Below, piece after piece: positions 38,013-48,479 of a stretch of 64,000 nt of DNA. The notes under the pieces were generated by a model. It ran no database searches. It saw nothing but the letters and a program-made list of their open reading frames with translations, and was not told the DNA's origin. This DNA is from Candidatus Poribacteria bacterium (GTDB lineage Bacteria > Poribacteria > WGA-4E > WGA-3G). The position numbers and the translations under genes are program-made. The stretch's first letter is position 1. Each line of letters opens with the position of its first letter. The stretch covers positions 2,304,001 through 2,368,000 of the forward strand of contig CAXXLX010000001.1 of assembly GCA_963665235.2 (NCBI GenBank). Direction: 5' to 3'.

Positions 38013-39257
38013 ATGTCAAAACGGATAAAAATCGGACTTATCGGGTGCGGCATGATATCCGGTTCGCATGTCAACGGATACCTTGCACACCCGCAGCATG
38101 CCGAAATCGTTGCTGTTTGCGACACTGTCGACGCAAACGCAAAACGGAGAGCCGCAGAAGTGCTTTCTGGTGCCGAGGCACGTGCTAATACGGCTACTGC
38201 TGACGCGGAAAAAGCGGATACGGCAGAGGCACGCGAACGTTTGAATGAAAACGCCGCACGTTGGGCAGAATATAAGGATAACGGGGTCAAAATCTTCAGC
38301 GATTACAACGAGATGCTAAAAGAATGTGAGTTAGACGCAGTGAGTCTTGCCACCCCGCCTTTTGCACATGAAGGCCCTACAGTCGCAGCCGCGAACGTTG
38401 GAAAACACGTCTTCTGCGAAAAACCGATGGCCCGCACGGCCACTGAAGCGAGAAACATGCGCGACGCATGCGACGCGGCAGGTGTTAAACTCGCCTATCA
38501 GAGCGGCGGCACATGTCTCGATGCCAGGAGTTACGCCATCCGAGAGTATGTTACCACCGGAAAAATCGGCGATGTCCATTACGGAAGACTCACGAGTTAT
38601 CGCATCCGTGGCAGACCTAATGTAGATATGTTCGGTTTTGGCAAATGGTTTCTCAATTCAATGTACAGCGGCGGTGGCACCTTATACGACACAGGCGTTT
38701 ATCTTATCAATCGTTCTATCTATCTGCTCGGGTCACCGCAACCTGCTACTATTAGCGGTATCGCCTATCGCGGCATGCCACCCGAATATACTGGAGAGGA
38801 GATAAACGACGTTGAGGAATACGCCTCTGTGTTTGTCCGCTTTACCAACGGTATGTCGTTTACGTATGAAAACGGCTGGTCCTGTAATATGGCGGGGCAA
38901 CCGCAAGGTATTTTCATCTTCGGGTCCAAAGGTTCGTTCAGCAACGATAAACTCTTCCTTGAAAAGGGGGAATGGGATACGGATGACAAGGGGAATCGTC
39001 GCCGTTATCGCGAAAATCTTGTCGAAACGCCCTTGGAACTTCCGGATAGGCATTTTCCTGATAAGTTCCGCGATTTTCTCGACGCGTGCAATAGCGATGC
39101 TCAACCTGTCAGCAATGGCGATATCGGTTTAAAGGTTACAGAGATTATGAGCGGCGCGCTTCTATCGGCCAAACTCCGCCGTGAAGTCAGCATCGAGGAA
39201 CTTTATGAACTGGAAGCACTTCGAACTGAACCGACCCCGGGGTGGCCCATACCGTAG
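38013..39257 (+). CDS. Gfo/Idh/MocA oxidoreductase with a helical insertion
   Basis: IGCGMIS, HVFCEKPMA, SGGG.LYD.G, DVEE. Confidence 0.92.
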   Translation: MSKRIKIGLIGCGMISGSHVNGYLAHPQHAEIVAVCDTVDANAKRRAAEVLSGAEARANTATADAEKADTAEARERLNENAARWAEYKDNGVKIFSDYNEMLKECELDAVSLATPPFAHEGPTVAAANVGKHVFCEKPMARTATEARNMRDACDAAGVKLAYQSGGTCLDARSYAIREYVTTGKIGDVHYGRLTSYRIRGRPNVDMFGFGKWFLNSMYSGGGTLYDTGVYLINRSIYLLGSPQPATISGIAYRGMPPEYTGEEINDVEEYASVFVRFTNGMSFTYENGWSCNMAGQPQGIFIFGSKGSFSNDKLFLEKGEWDTDDKGNRRRYRENLVETPLELPDRHFPDKFRDFLDACNSDAQPVSNGDIGLKVTEIMSGALLSAKLRREVSIEELYELEALRTEPTPGWPIP

Positions 39258-39322
39258 AGCATGTTATCCTATCGTTTGTAGGTGCGTGCGCTTTGTAATC
39301 GCGCCTACAAACCCTGTACTTA

Positions 39323-39464
39323 ACCTAAGTTGCCACCTATAAATTTTTAGACTTAGAAACGCCGCTTTTAGTCAAAAACTGCTGTTAATTGTAGCGTGAA
39401 CTTCCTAGTTCGCGCCCTTATGGCACAAACTAGGAAGTTTATGCTACTATGTGGCAACTTGCGT
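39323..39464 (-). mobile_element. MITE family A, copy B (inverted)
   Basis: 14-bp TIRs; 7-bp TSD GTACTTA on both sides. Confidence 0.92.
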
Positions 39465-39640
39465 GTACTTAGCTGGCAAGCTGTCCTTCCATTCTTCCAC
39501 CCTTCCATCCTGCCTCCTATTCGTTTGACAAAAACTGGACACACCCTGCCGAAATTTAAGTTGACAAATATGCTTTAATCAGGTATCCTTAATAGTAGAA
39601 AAATAGGCGTTTAGTGATATAATGAAACGGAGGATTAAAT

Positions 39641-40489
39641 GTGAAAAGTTTTGAGTTTTTTGAACCTACGACCCTTGCGGAAGCATCCCGCCTGTTTGCT
39701 CAAGAACACGCGCAGCTCCTTGCAGGTGGAACCGACCTCATTATCGGTATGAAGGCGTACACCGAAGCACCCAATTCTGTCGTAAGTTTACAGAAAGTTC
39801 CAGGGTTGTCTGGCATCACTACCGACACGAATAATAGCATCACTATCGGTGCGATAACGACAGTGCGGGAGATTGAGCTTTCCGAGGACATTCAGCAACA
39901 CCACACAGCATTATCGGAGGGCGCGTCAGAAATCGGTTCTATCCAAATTCGCAACCTTGCAACGCTCGGTGGGAATATTGCGCATGCTTCCCCCGCTGCG
40001 GACACCGTCGCTGGTTTGCTTGTCGCTGGTGCACAGGTCGACATCGCGAGCGCGGATGGAAATCGAACGGTGCCGATTAATGAACTGTTCACTGGACCGG
40101 GCCAGACTGTCTTAAAACCGGGGGAGATTATCACACATTTTCGTCTACCGAGTCCTGCGTCTGGTTCGCACTACATCAAGCATAAGATTCGCGAGGTGAT
40201 GGATTTGGCGTTTATCGGTGTAGCGTCTGCTGTTAATCTGGACAGCGGTACAATCACCGAGGCTCGTATCGGACTTGCTGCTGTTGCCCCGACACCGATT
40301 CGCGCAACAGAAGCGGAAAATCTACTAAAAGGGCAGGAGCTTACCCCAGAACTTTTGGAACAGGTGGGCGAAGCCGCCGCCGCTGCGACTAGTCCGATAT
40401 CTGACCTGCGATGCTCCGCGGAACACCGCAGAGAAATGGTCAATGTGCTCACGAAACGCACATTACAACTAGCAGTCGCTAGGGCATAA
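39641..40489 (+). CDS. xanthine dehydrogenase/CoxM-family FAD subunit
   Basis: LAGGTDL, QIRN.AT.GGN..ASPAAD, PISDLR. Confidence 0.93.
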   Translation: MKSFEFFEPTTLAEASRLFAQEHAQLLAGGTDLIIGMKAYTEAPNSVVSLQKVPGLSGITTDTNNSITIGAITTVREIELSEDIQQHHTALSEGASEIGSIQIRNLATLGGNIAHASPAADTVAGLLVAGAQVDIASADGNRTVPINELFTGPGQTVLKPGEIITHFRLPSPASGSHYIKHKIREVMDLAFIGVASAVNLDSGTITEARIGLAAVAPTPIRATEAENLLKGQELTPELLEQVGEAAAAATSPISDLRCSAEHRREMVNVLTKRTLQLAVARA

Positions 40490-40585
40490 CGCAAAACGAT
40501 TTTCAGACTGGGGACATGCAAATCTGAATTATTTTTTGTTGATTACAAATGATGAATCATTCAATATATGTGAAGGAGAAAAAAT

Positions 40586-41065
40586 ATGGCAAAACATCCT
40601 GTCAGTTTAACGGTTAACGGGGACGAACACGATTTACTTATTGAACCGCGCAAGACCTTGCTCGCTGTGCTTCGCGATACAATCGGTTTGACAGGGACCA
40701 AAGAGGGATGTAGTACAGGGGATTGCGGTGCATGCACCGTTATCGTTGATGGCAAGGCTGTCACGTCCTGTATGGTACTTGGTGTTACTGCCGCTGGCAA
40801 AGAGATTACGACCATCGAAGGTTTAGCCAGTGACGGTGAACTCCACCCTATTCAACGTGCATTTATTAACACAGGTGGCTATCAGTGCGGGTTTTGTACC
40901 CCTGGGTTTATCATGGCATCTAAAGCACTTTTAGATGAGAATCCCGACCGCACTGATGCAGAATTCAGGCACGCCCTCGGCGGGAATATCTGTCGATGCA
41001 CTGGATACACAAAAATTCTGGAAGCTGTGCTGCAAGCCGCGGAAGAGGTCCGTTCAACCTCATAA
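40586..41065 (+). CDS. CoxS-family 2Fe-2S subunit
   Basis: GC.TGDCGACTV, QCGFCTPG, GNICRCTGY. Confidence 0.95.
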   Translation: MAKHPVSLTVNGDEHDLLIEPRKTLLAVLRDTIGLTGTKEGCSTGDCGACTVIVDGKAVTSCMVLGVTAAGKEITTIEGLASDGELHPIQRAFINTGGYQCGFCTPGFIMASKALLDENPDRTDAEFRHALGGNICRCTGYTKILEAVLQAAEEVRSTS

Positions 41066-41157
41066 CAGGTAGGCAGCCTCGCAGCTGCCGCTATCACATT
41101 AGGAAAGTAGGGCGGACTCGCGCTCGCGACTTTCTATTTTATAAAAGGAGAAAAAAG

Positions 41158-41400
41158 ATGGCAAAAAACCATCGTGGAAAAGGCATAAAACACCTCTACG
41201 TCGATCCGAACGGTGTCGTTCACACTGGCGAATATAACAACGGCCGTGGAACATGTCCTGTTTGTGGACGTACAGGTGTGAAAGTGCTTTACGAACGAGA
41301 AGTCGGTGAGAACACTGTGAACGTCTGCAAGAGATGCAACACGGCTATCGGACGTGGGAAGCTCCACCATCTCGTTGGAAGTTCACAAAGTAGCAGTTAG
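41158..41400 (+). CDS. small basic zinc-ribbon protein
   Basis: AAGGAG RBS; MAKNHRGKGIK...GRGTCPVCGRTGVK...VCKRC. Confidence 0.8.
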   Translation: MAKNHRGKGIKHLYVDPNGVVHTGEYNNGRGTCPVCGRTGVKVLYEREVGENTVNVCKRCNTAIGRGKLHHLVGSSQSSS

Positions 41401-41429
41401 AGAAAAATCGTTAGGAAAGGAGAAATTGA

Positions 41430-43733
41430 ATGTCAGAATATACTGTTGTCGGCCAAAAAGTGCCGCGAGTTGATGCGGTTGAAAAAGTGACGGGGGCAGC
41501 ACAATACGGTGCGGATGTTCATCCTGCTGGCATGCTCTACGGCAAAATTGTTCGCAGTAAACATGCTCATGCGAATATACGCAGTATTGACACCAGTGAG
41601 GCGGAAAAACTGCCGGGGGTCAGAGCTATTATCACGCAGGACGATGTACCGAGCGGTCGTCGGGTTTTCGCAACCGATAAAGTGTTTTATCTCGGTGAAC
41701 CGCTTGCTGCTGTTGCTGCAACCGACCCGGATATCGCTGAAGAGGCCGCGGAACTCATCAAGATTGAATACGAAGTTTTGCCGGTTGTGCAGGATGTCAT
41801 GGAGGCGATTAAGCCCTCCGCCCCACGGTTACACGGTGATACAACAAAAGACGGTCCCAACCGTCGGGACATCAGCGCGAAAATTAAGGAGCTCTCTGGG
41901 GAGGGCACCGATAACGATAATGACCAAATCCGTGAACTTGAGGCGGAACTGGCACAGTATTCCGATGAAGTTTACTATAACATTTCCGCGGAAAGCCATA
42001 CTGCAGCGGGTGATGTTGAAAAGGGATTTGCCGAATCCGACGTAGTTGTTGAAAATACCTACGTTATTCCGCGTGTCCATCAAACCTACATGGAGCCGCA
42101 TGTTTCTGTTGCAAGTGCGGATTCTTCGGGTAAGGTCACCGTATGGGCATCCACGCAGGGCCCGTTTGCTATCCGTTCAGGTATCGCTGGTACGCTCGGC
42201 ATTCCGCTGACACAAATTAACGTCATCGGAACGACGATGGGCGGCGGTTTTGGCGGACGTTTTGGTGTTATTATAACGCATGTTCCTGCTGTGCTCCTGT
42301 CCCAGAAAGCGGGGCGTCCCGTTCGCGTGCAGATGACGCGGGAAGAGGAATTTCTTGATGGGAGACCTGCCCCCGGGTGCGTTATTAAACTAAAAACCGG
42401 TGCTACGAAAGATGGCCGTATCCTTGCACGGCAGGCCCTTGCATTTTGGGATTCTGGTGCTGTTTCTGGCGCATCTATCGGCAGCACGATTCGGGTGCGT
42501 GGGGTTTACAAGATTCCGAATATCAAGATAGACGCTTACGGCGTTCATACCAACAAATCTGGGACTGCCGCGTATAGGGCACCCGGCGCGCCGCAAGCTA
42601 TCTTCGCGGGAGAATCCCAGCTGGACGAGATAGCGGAACGTATCGGCATGGATGCCGTCGAGTTCCGTTTGATGAATATGCGTGAAGAGGGCGACGCTGT
42701 TCCCGCAGGAGGCAGTGAACCCAAAGTCGGTTACAAGGAGACTTTGGAGGCTGTCGCTGATGCCGCCGGATGGTGGGACCGAGACACCGACGAAAACGAA
42801 GGATGGGGTGTCGCTGTCGGAGATTGGACAAACGGTTGCGGGCCCGGTGGAGTCTACGTCTCCGTGCACGAGGATGGAAGTGCTCGAATTTTTCACGGCT
42901 CCATGGACATCACAGGAACGGATACAGCAATCACACAAATTATTGCTGAAATCTTGACTATTCCGTATAAGAACGTCACAATCCGACGGGGCGACACAGA
43001 CTCCGCACCCTATTCCACAGGCTCCGGGGGGAGTGTTGTCACTTTCACAATGGGGAACACTGCGAAACTGGCGGCGGAAGACGCAAAGCGACGTATCTTT
43101 CAACTTGCCTCGGAACGTCTTAACACCGACGCGGATACGCTTGAGCTCAGAGACGGTGCTGTGCATGTTGTCACTGCCGACCCTCCGAAATCTATTTCGT
43201 TAGGCGAGCTCGCAGCGTATAGTCTTTCCACGACCGGCGGCCCGATTGTCGGCAAAGGCTCCTTTGCAAGGCAGCCAAGCACCCCGGCACTCGCAGCACA
43301 GATTGCCAAGGTTCATGTAGACCCCGAAACGGGGAGAACCCGCGTGCTCAAACTTATTGCTTCTCAAGATGTCGGATTCGCCATCAATCCGATGGCGGTT
43401 GAAGGACAAATCGAAGGTGGAACAGTGCAAGGTTACGCCTGGGCGATGATGGAAGAGATGCAGTACGATGGAAACGGGAACGTCAATCCGGGCTTTGTTG
43501 ATTACCGCGTGCCAACCTCCGCCGATCTTCCGACGGTTGAATCCGTGATTGTTGAGATCCCCGCGCCGAACGGACCCTATGGTGCCAAAGGCGTTGGCGA
43601 ACCACCCATTACACCCACCTTGGCGACGATGGCAAATGCTGTCAAAGATGCTATCGGTGTCCGAATTACCGAATTGCCGATTAAACCGGAAAAGGTTGTT
43701 CAGGCATTGAAAAGCAATGGGCATGGTGCCTAG
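41430..43733 (+). CDS. xanthine dehydrogenase-family molybdopterin-binding subunit
   Basis: KVTG.A.Y, MEP, GGGFGG, AYRAPG, GQIEGG, KGVGEP. Confidence 0.95.
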   Translation: MSEYTVVGQKVPRVDAVEKVTGAAQYGADVHPAGMLYGKIVRSKHAHANIRSIDTSEAEKLPGVRAIITQDDVPSGRRVFATDKVFYLGEPLAAVAATDPDIAEEAAELIKIEYEVLPVVQDVMEAIKPSAPRLHGDTTKDGPNRRDISAKIKELSGEGTDNDNDQIRELEAELAQYSDEVYYNISAESHTAAGDVEKGFAESDVVVENTYVIPRVHQTYMEPHVSVASADSSGKVTVWASTQGPFAIRSGIAGTLGIPLTQINVIGTTMGGGFGGRFGVIITHVPAVLLSQKAGRPVRVQMTREEEFLDGRPAPGCVIKLKTGATKDGRILARQALAFWDSGAVSGASIGSTIRVRGVYKIPNIKIDAYGVHTNKSGTAAYRAPGAPQAIFAGESQLDEIAERIGMDAVEFRLMNMREEGDAVPAGGSEPKVGYKETLEAVADAAGWWDRDTDENEGWGVAVGDWTNGCGPGGVYVSVHEDGSARIFHGSMDITGTDTAITQIIAEILTIPYKNVTIRRGDTDSAPYSTGSGGSVVTFTMGNTAKLAAEDAKRRIFQLASERLNTDADTLELRDGAVHVVTADPPKSISLGELAAYSLSTTGGPIVGKGSFARQPSTPALAAQIAKVHVDPETGRTRVLKLIASQDVGFAINPMAVEGQIEGGTVQGYAWAMMEEMQYDGNGNVNPGFVDYRVPTSADLPTVESVIVEIPAPNGPYGAKGVGEPPITPTLATMANAVKDAIGVRITELPIKPEKVVQALKSNGHGA

Positions 43734-43804
43734 CTCGTTTAAAAACGGTATTTGCGAGGCATTCGTGCCTCGCACGCCTAATAATACGGCAGAGGAGTAA
43801 ACTT

Positions 43805-44641
43805 ATGGCGACTCACATAACAACAGACCGCATCCGTTATGCTCCAACAGACACGGATGCCTTGTATCCAGAAACGGATGGTAAACCGATGGCAGCAACT
43901 GATATACATAGAAGAATTCTAATATGGGTTTTACAAGTCCTTGAGGCTCACTTCGCAAAAAAACTAGTGTATGTCTCCGGAGACATAATGATGTATTATG
44001 TTCTTAGCGAGTCGAAGACTATTGCGGTGTCTCCGGATGTGCTTATCACTTTCGGTATAGAGCAAAAACCGCGGCGTGTGTATAGAATATCCCAGCCGGA
44101 TAATCCGCATCCAGATTTTGTGGAGCCGGTGCCCGATTTTGTGATGGAGTTCACGAGCAAAGGGACGCATGAGGACGATTTAGGTCGTAAGAAGGATATT
44201 TATGCGCTGCTTGGCATTCCGAACTATTTCCTATATGATGCGGAGGGGTTGTATCTTCCTGTGCCGTTGATGGGTTTTGAGTTAGTAAATAATCGGTATG
44301 TCCGTATTCCTGAGGGTGTAGATGGGGGTATTCATTCATCTGCCTTGGGTTTAGATTTTCACCTTCGAGATGAGGAGGGTTTAGGTATCTACGACCCGGT
44401 ATTGTCGGAGTGGCTTAGGACTCCCGCGGAGGCGGCGACCTTGCGTGCTAATCAGGAAGCTATTGAGAGGCAGGCTGCCGAGGTTCGTGCTAATCAGGAA
44501 GCCATTGACCGGCAGGCTGCCGAGGCCCGTGCTAATCAGGAAGCTGCACGCGCGGAGCAGGAATCCATTGAACGCCAGCAGGCAGAAGCGGAGGTTGCAC
44601 GTCTCCGAGAAGAGCTTGAACGCCTGCAAACACGCCGCTAA
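43805..44641 (+). CDS. Uma2 family endonuclease with a repeat-expanded coiled-coil tail
   Basis: YPETDGKPMA, VSPDV, PDFVME, YFLYD; 42-bp repeats RANQEAI.RQAAE at about 44444-44547. Confidence 0.9.
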   Translation: MATHITTDRIRYAPTDTDALYPETDGKPMAATDIHRRILIWVLQVLEAHFAKKLVYVSGDIMMYYVLSESKTIAVSPDVLITFGIEQKPRRVYRISQPDNPHPDFVEPVPDFVMEFTSKGTHEDDLGRKKDIYALLGIPNYFLYDAEGLYLPVPLMGFELVNNRYVRIPEGVDGGIHSSALGLDFHLRDEEGLGIYDPVLSEWLRTPAEAATLRANQEAIERQAAEVRANQEAIDRQAAEARANQEAARAEQESIERQQAEAEVARLREELERLQTRR

Positions 44642-44734
44642 TGCACTATCAACTTGATGCTTTAGAATCCTTACCACGACGACGAATGGATTGAAAATCC
44701 GCTTTGACAAAGTGGGTTAAAAAGGTAAAAATTT

Positions 44735-45451
44735 ATGTTTAACGAAATCAGAAACGAACACGGCGAACGTCTCGATTATACATTTCACGAAGGTACGGGC
44801 AAAAAAATTGTTGTCATCGGACACGGCGTTACAGGTAATAAGGACAGACCCGCTCTCATCGCTTTGGCAGAAGGGCTCGCTACTGCGGGTATTTCTGCTC
44901 TCCGCTTTTCTTTCTCTGGCAACGGCGAATCGGAAGGTGCGTTTGCAGACTCTACTATTACCAAAGAGGTGGCGGACCTCGGTAGTATCATTGATGCTCT
45001 CAATGATTACAAAGTTTGCTATGTCGGGCATAGCATGGGAGGCGCGGTCGGTGTGCTACGTGCCGCTACCGATGAACGCATTCAAGTGCTTGTCTCGCTG
45101 GCAGGGATGGTACATACCGAAGCGTTTGCTCAACGCGAATTTGGCGATGTCACTCCCGATGAAGGGTTTATGTGGGACGAACCGGATTGTCCCCTTTCAC
45201 AAACCTATATGGACGACATGGCGACACTCGATAGCGTTGCAAAACATGCAAGTCAATTTGGGGGGCCCTGGCTGTTAGTCCACGGCACAGAAGATGACAT
45301 CGTTCCAATTGGGGATAGCCACGACATCCTTCAGTTCGCGAACGAACCCACGGAGCTCCTTGAACTCCCCGGCGTAGACCACGTTTTCTCAGGCGACGGC
45401 ACCCCTGTTATGGTCGAAAAGGTCGTGGCGTGGATTAATCGAAACTTATAA
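44735..45451 (+). CDS. alpha/beta hydrolase
   Basis: GHG, G.GES.G, GHSMGG, HG.ED..VP, DH. Confidence 0.92.
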   Translation: MFNEIRNEHGERLDYTFHEGTGKKIVVIGHGVTGNKDRPALIALAEGLATAGISALRFSFSGNGESEGAFADSTITKEVADLGSIIDALNDYKVCYVGHSMGGAVGVLRAATDERIQVLVSLAGMVHTEAFAQREFGDVTPDEGFMWDEPDCPLSQTYMDDMATLDSVAKHASQFGGPWLLVHGTEDDIVPIGDSHDILQFANEPTELLELPGVDHVFSGDGTPVMVEKVVAWINRNL

Positions 45452-45478
45452 CCGTCATTCGCGATAAGGATAAGTGTA

Positions 45479-45706
45479 ATGGCATATATTGATAAGGTCA
45501 AGGAAGAAATTGGATGGTTAAAGGTAATATTTGCCATTTCAATTGCCACGGATATTTCTTTGATTGCTTGGTTGATTCAAAGTTATGGGAAAGTTAGATT
45601 GCTCCTTTCTATGCTTGGAGCGTTAGCTGCCCTTCTAATTATGTTTATCATTGTTTGGATTAATAGAATTGCTTATCGAAAAATTGATGAATTGGAGGAT
45701 TTATGA
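45479..45706 (+). CDS. small two-TM protein
   Basis: 75 aa, low GC, DKVKEEIGWLK...I..LEDL. Confidence 0.65.
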   Translation: MAYIDKVKEEIGWLKVIFAISIATDISLIAWLIQSYGKVRLLLSMLGALAALLIMFIIVWINRIAYRKIDELEDL

Positions 45707-45807
45707 TGGACTGGATGGAATGGGTCATCACTGGTGTGTTCGTAGCGTTTTTTGTCACCCTCGGTATAGTTGTAGGCACTGCTATAAGGCACGCAAATAA
45801 AAACTAA
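45703..45807 (+). CDS. 34-aa single-TM peptide, translationally coupled
   Basis: GGAGG RBS and ATGA overlap; MMDWMEWVITGVFVAFFVTLGIVVGTAIRHANKN. Confidence 0.55.
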   Translation: MMDWMEWVITGVFVAFFVTLGIVVGTAIRHANKN

Positions 45808-45900
45808 ACGCCTAACGACACAACGCAGGCCGCGTATTGTTTTCTGCATCTTCTTACACTAAATTAATGAACAAACACAACTCCTTTAGTGGACTAAAAA

Positions 45901-47058
45901 ATGAGTCAAGCACACTTAGGATACAAAAACAGAGTGAATTTGGGGAGCTACTACACGCCGTCTGAAATTGTCCGGACAGCGTGGGAGATGCTCGCGCCTT
46001 ATGTAAACCCACAGACCACTATCATTGATAGCGCGTGTGGATACGGGGATTTTCTGAAAAAGCGTGGGCAGGCTATCACAATTGGATGTGATATAGACGA
46101 AACTGCAATTGATGTTGCCCGAAAAAACAGCGATGACGTTCGGTTCTTTCAAACGAACGCTTTGCACGACGTATCAAGGGCAAAATTCGGTATTCCTAAG
46201 CAGGCCCATTTGATAGTCGTTGGAAATCCACCCTATAATGACAGAACATCGCTTATTCGTCACAGTATCAAAAGTGTCAATTTTGACATTGACGAAGATA
46301 TAGCGAGCCGGGATTTAGGCATATCGTTTCTCCGTTCCTATAATAAACTCGAAGCAGACCTTATTTGTGTCTTGCATCCACTGTCCTATCTAATTAAGCC
46401 TACGAACTTTAGACAACTAAAGGAGTTCACTGCAAATTACAGATTGATAGAAGGGCTACTCATCAGCAGCTGGGAATTCCCTGAATCTGCAAAACGCACG
46501 CCTTTTCCAATTGTCCTCGCGCTTTACGAGAGAGACACACAAGGAATGACGTACAATTTTATCCGTTCTTTCTGTTTTCGTCCAGCAGGTAAAAGCGGGT
46601 TTTGTCTCGATGATTTCGATTATATTACGGGTTACGTTGATAAATATCCGAAGAAGAAGCAACCGATTTATGTGGACGAAAACAGCAATCGCTCCGAAAA
46701 AGATGAGCCGCTGTTCTTTTGGACAATGCGAGACATCAACGCACTGAAAAGAAACCGCACGTTTGTCGAAAGCTATAGCGCGAATACAATTATCCTTGAC
46801 AAACGAAAGTTAGATTACTATGCCTACGTGGATGTGTTCAAAAGAAACCTGCATAGGCTGCCTTTCTATTTCGGGAATTGTGATGTGCTTATAGATGATA
46901 ACCTGTTCAGGCAATATAAATCGGCTTTCATCAGTGATACTGTTAGACATCACCCTTTCCTGAAAAAACATTTTCAGATACATCCGATAGAGAAGCCGCA
47001 AGCTGCTGCTGGATTGGATATGTATTTCAAATCGTTGCTAGGTGAGCATCATGTTTAG
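45901..47058 (+). CDS. N6-adenine DNA methyltransferase (orphan)
   Basis: LGSYYTP, DSACGYG, GNPPYND. Confidence 0.88.
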   Translation: MSQAHLGYKNRVNLGSYYTPSEIVRTAWEMLAPYVNPQTTIIDSACGYGDFLKKRGQAITIGCDIDETAIDVARKNSDDVRFFQTNALHDVSRAKFGIPKQAHLIVVGNPPYNDRTSLIRHSIKSVNFDIDEDIASRDLGISFLRSYNKLEADLICVLHPLSYLIKPTNFRQLKEFTANYRLIEGLLISSWEFPESAKRTPFPIVLALYERDTQGMTYNFIRSFCFRPAGKSGFCLDDFDYITGYVDKYPKKKQPIYVDENSNRSEKDEPLFFWTMRDINALKRNRTFVESYSANTIILDKRKLDYYAYVDVFKRNLHRLPFYFGNCDVLIDDNLFRQYKSAFISDTVRHHPFLKKHFQIHPIEKPQAAAGLDMYFKSLLGEHHV

Positions 47059-47093
47059 CAATCTACTGGTTGCAATTTTGGAGAATTAAAACT

Positions 47094-47919
47094 ATGTCAA
47101 CACCCCGTCTTTCCGTATCAACGTGGAGTTTGCATCGACAACTCGGAAAACCCGGATTTACCGGCCCCGCGCACGGCATGCAAATTCCTACGGAAACCCA
47201 TAACACCGGGCCTATTTCACTTCTGGAATTGCCCGGACGCATAGCCGAATTTGGCATTAACACTGTGGAGGTTTGTCATTTTCACCTCCCATCCGTTGAA
47301 AAAACTTACCTATACGAACTCCGCGCTGCGCTCCAAGACGCGGACGTTGAACTTTTTTCTCTGCTGATTGACGAGGGCGACATTACGCATCCATCCGAAG
47401 CAGCGCGTGACATCGCTTGGATTGAGAAGATGGATTGACATTGCTGGCGAACTCGGTGCGGGATGCGCGCGCGTCATTGGCGGCAAAGCGGCACCTTCCG
47501 AGGCAACCTTGGCACAGAGCCGCACTGTTCTCGCCCAGCTTGCCGAACGCGCAAAAACCGCCGGCATCCGCCTCATGACCGAAAATTGGTTCTCTATCCT
47601 CTCCACGCCCCAAAACGTCAACGCCGTTCTAGGCGAATTAGAGGATAAAGTCGGGTTATGTCTAGACTTCGGCAACTGGCGGGGAGGGACAAAATACGCG
47701 GACCTCGCCGCAATTGCGCCGATGGCTGAATCGTGTCATACCAAAGCACATTTTCCCGCACCACGCGAGATGGATAAGGAGGATTATGTGCAATGCCTTG
47801 AACTCACCCAAAAAGCGGGTTTCGCCGGACCGCATACGCTTATTTATGACGGTCCCGGGGACGATGAATGGGAAGCCTTAGCACTGGAACGTGAGGTCGT
47901 AAACCCATACCTTAACTAA
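47094..47919 (+). pseudogene. xylose-isomerase-like TIM-barrel (sugar phosphate isomerase/epimerase) frameshifted near 47430
   Basis: STWSLHR...AWIEK, then a shifted frame WIDIAGELGA...TENW...DFGNW...HTKA; could be a sequencing error. Confidence 0.8.
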
Positions 47920-47939
47920 AAAATTGGGAGGAGCTAACG

Positions 47940-48170
47940 ATGGCTTCTAATGCTATTACCACGATTACCCGAATGATGGAAACACTGCCCGAGTCGTTGC
48001 AGAATCAAATTGTGGAGCATCTACGTGAGTACATTGCGGAGTTAGAGGATGAACTTCGCTGGGAGGTGTCTTTCAACAGAACGCAAGAACAACTCATCGC
48101 GGCCGCACATCGTGCCAAACAGGAAATCGCCGAAGGAAAAGCTGAACCGATGGATTTGGAGCAGCTATGA
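47940..48170 (+). CDS. putative antitoxin
   Basis: 76 aa, DE.RW..SF...A..EIAEGK; ATGA overlap with the toxin gene. Confidence 0.75.
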   Translation: MASNAITTITRMMETLPESLQNQIVEHLREYIAELEDELRWEVSFNRTQEQLIAAAHRAKQEIAEGKAEPMDLEQL

Positions 48171-48430
48171 AATCTGCAACACTACCTTCGTTTTGGACAG
48201 CTTATCAAACCCTTAACGAAACGCTTAAGAATCAAGCCAAGAAGGCCTATCAGCTATGGATCTCCAACCCATTTCATAACTCTTTGCGTTTCAAATGCAT
48301 TAATAGCAAGGAAAGAATTTGGTCCGTGAAGATCACTCGCGGCTATCGTGCAGTTGGCATCTTAAAGGAGGATACGGTAACATGGTTTTGGATAGGACAT
48401 CATGATGACTATAAACGCTTTTTTGGATGA
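48167..48430 (+). CDS. RelE/ParE-like toxin
   Basis: FW..Y..L, NP.H.SL.FK, WSV.IT.GYRA, WFWIG.H. Confidence 0.85.
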   Translation: MKSATLPSFWTAYQTLNETLKNQAKKAYQLWISNPFHNSLRFKCINSKERIWSVKITRGYRAVGILKEDTVTWFWIGHHDDYKRFFG

Positions 48431-48479
48431 TGCCAACCTATTATTCAATTTGCGTAAGAACTGCCCTAAGGATAAAAAT

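Noticed and set aside
39641-43733. Aerobic CO dehydrogenase (form I)
   Set aside because: The active-site loop is AYRAPG, not AYxCSFR; substrate unknown.
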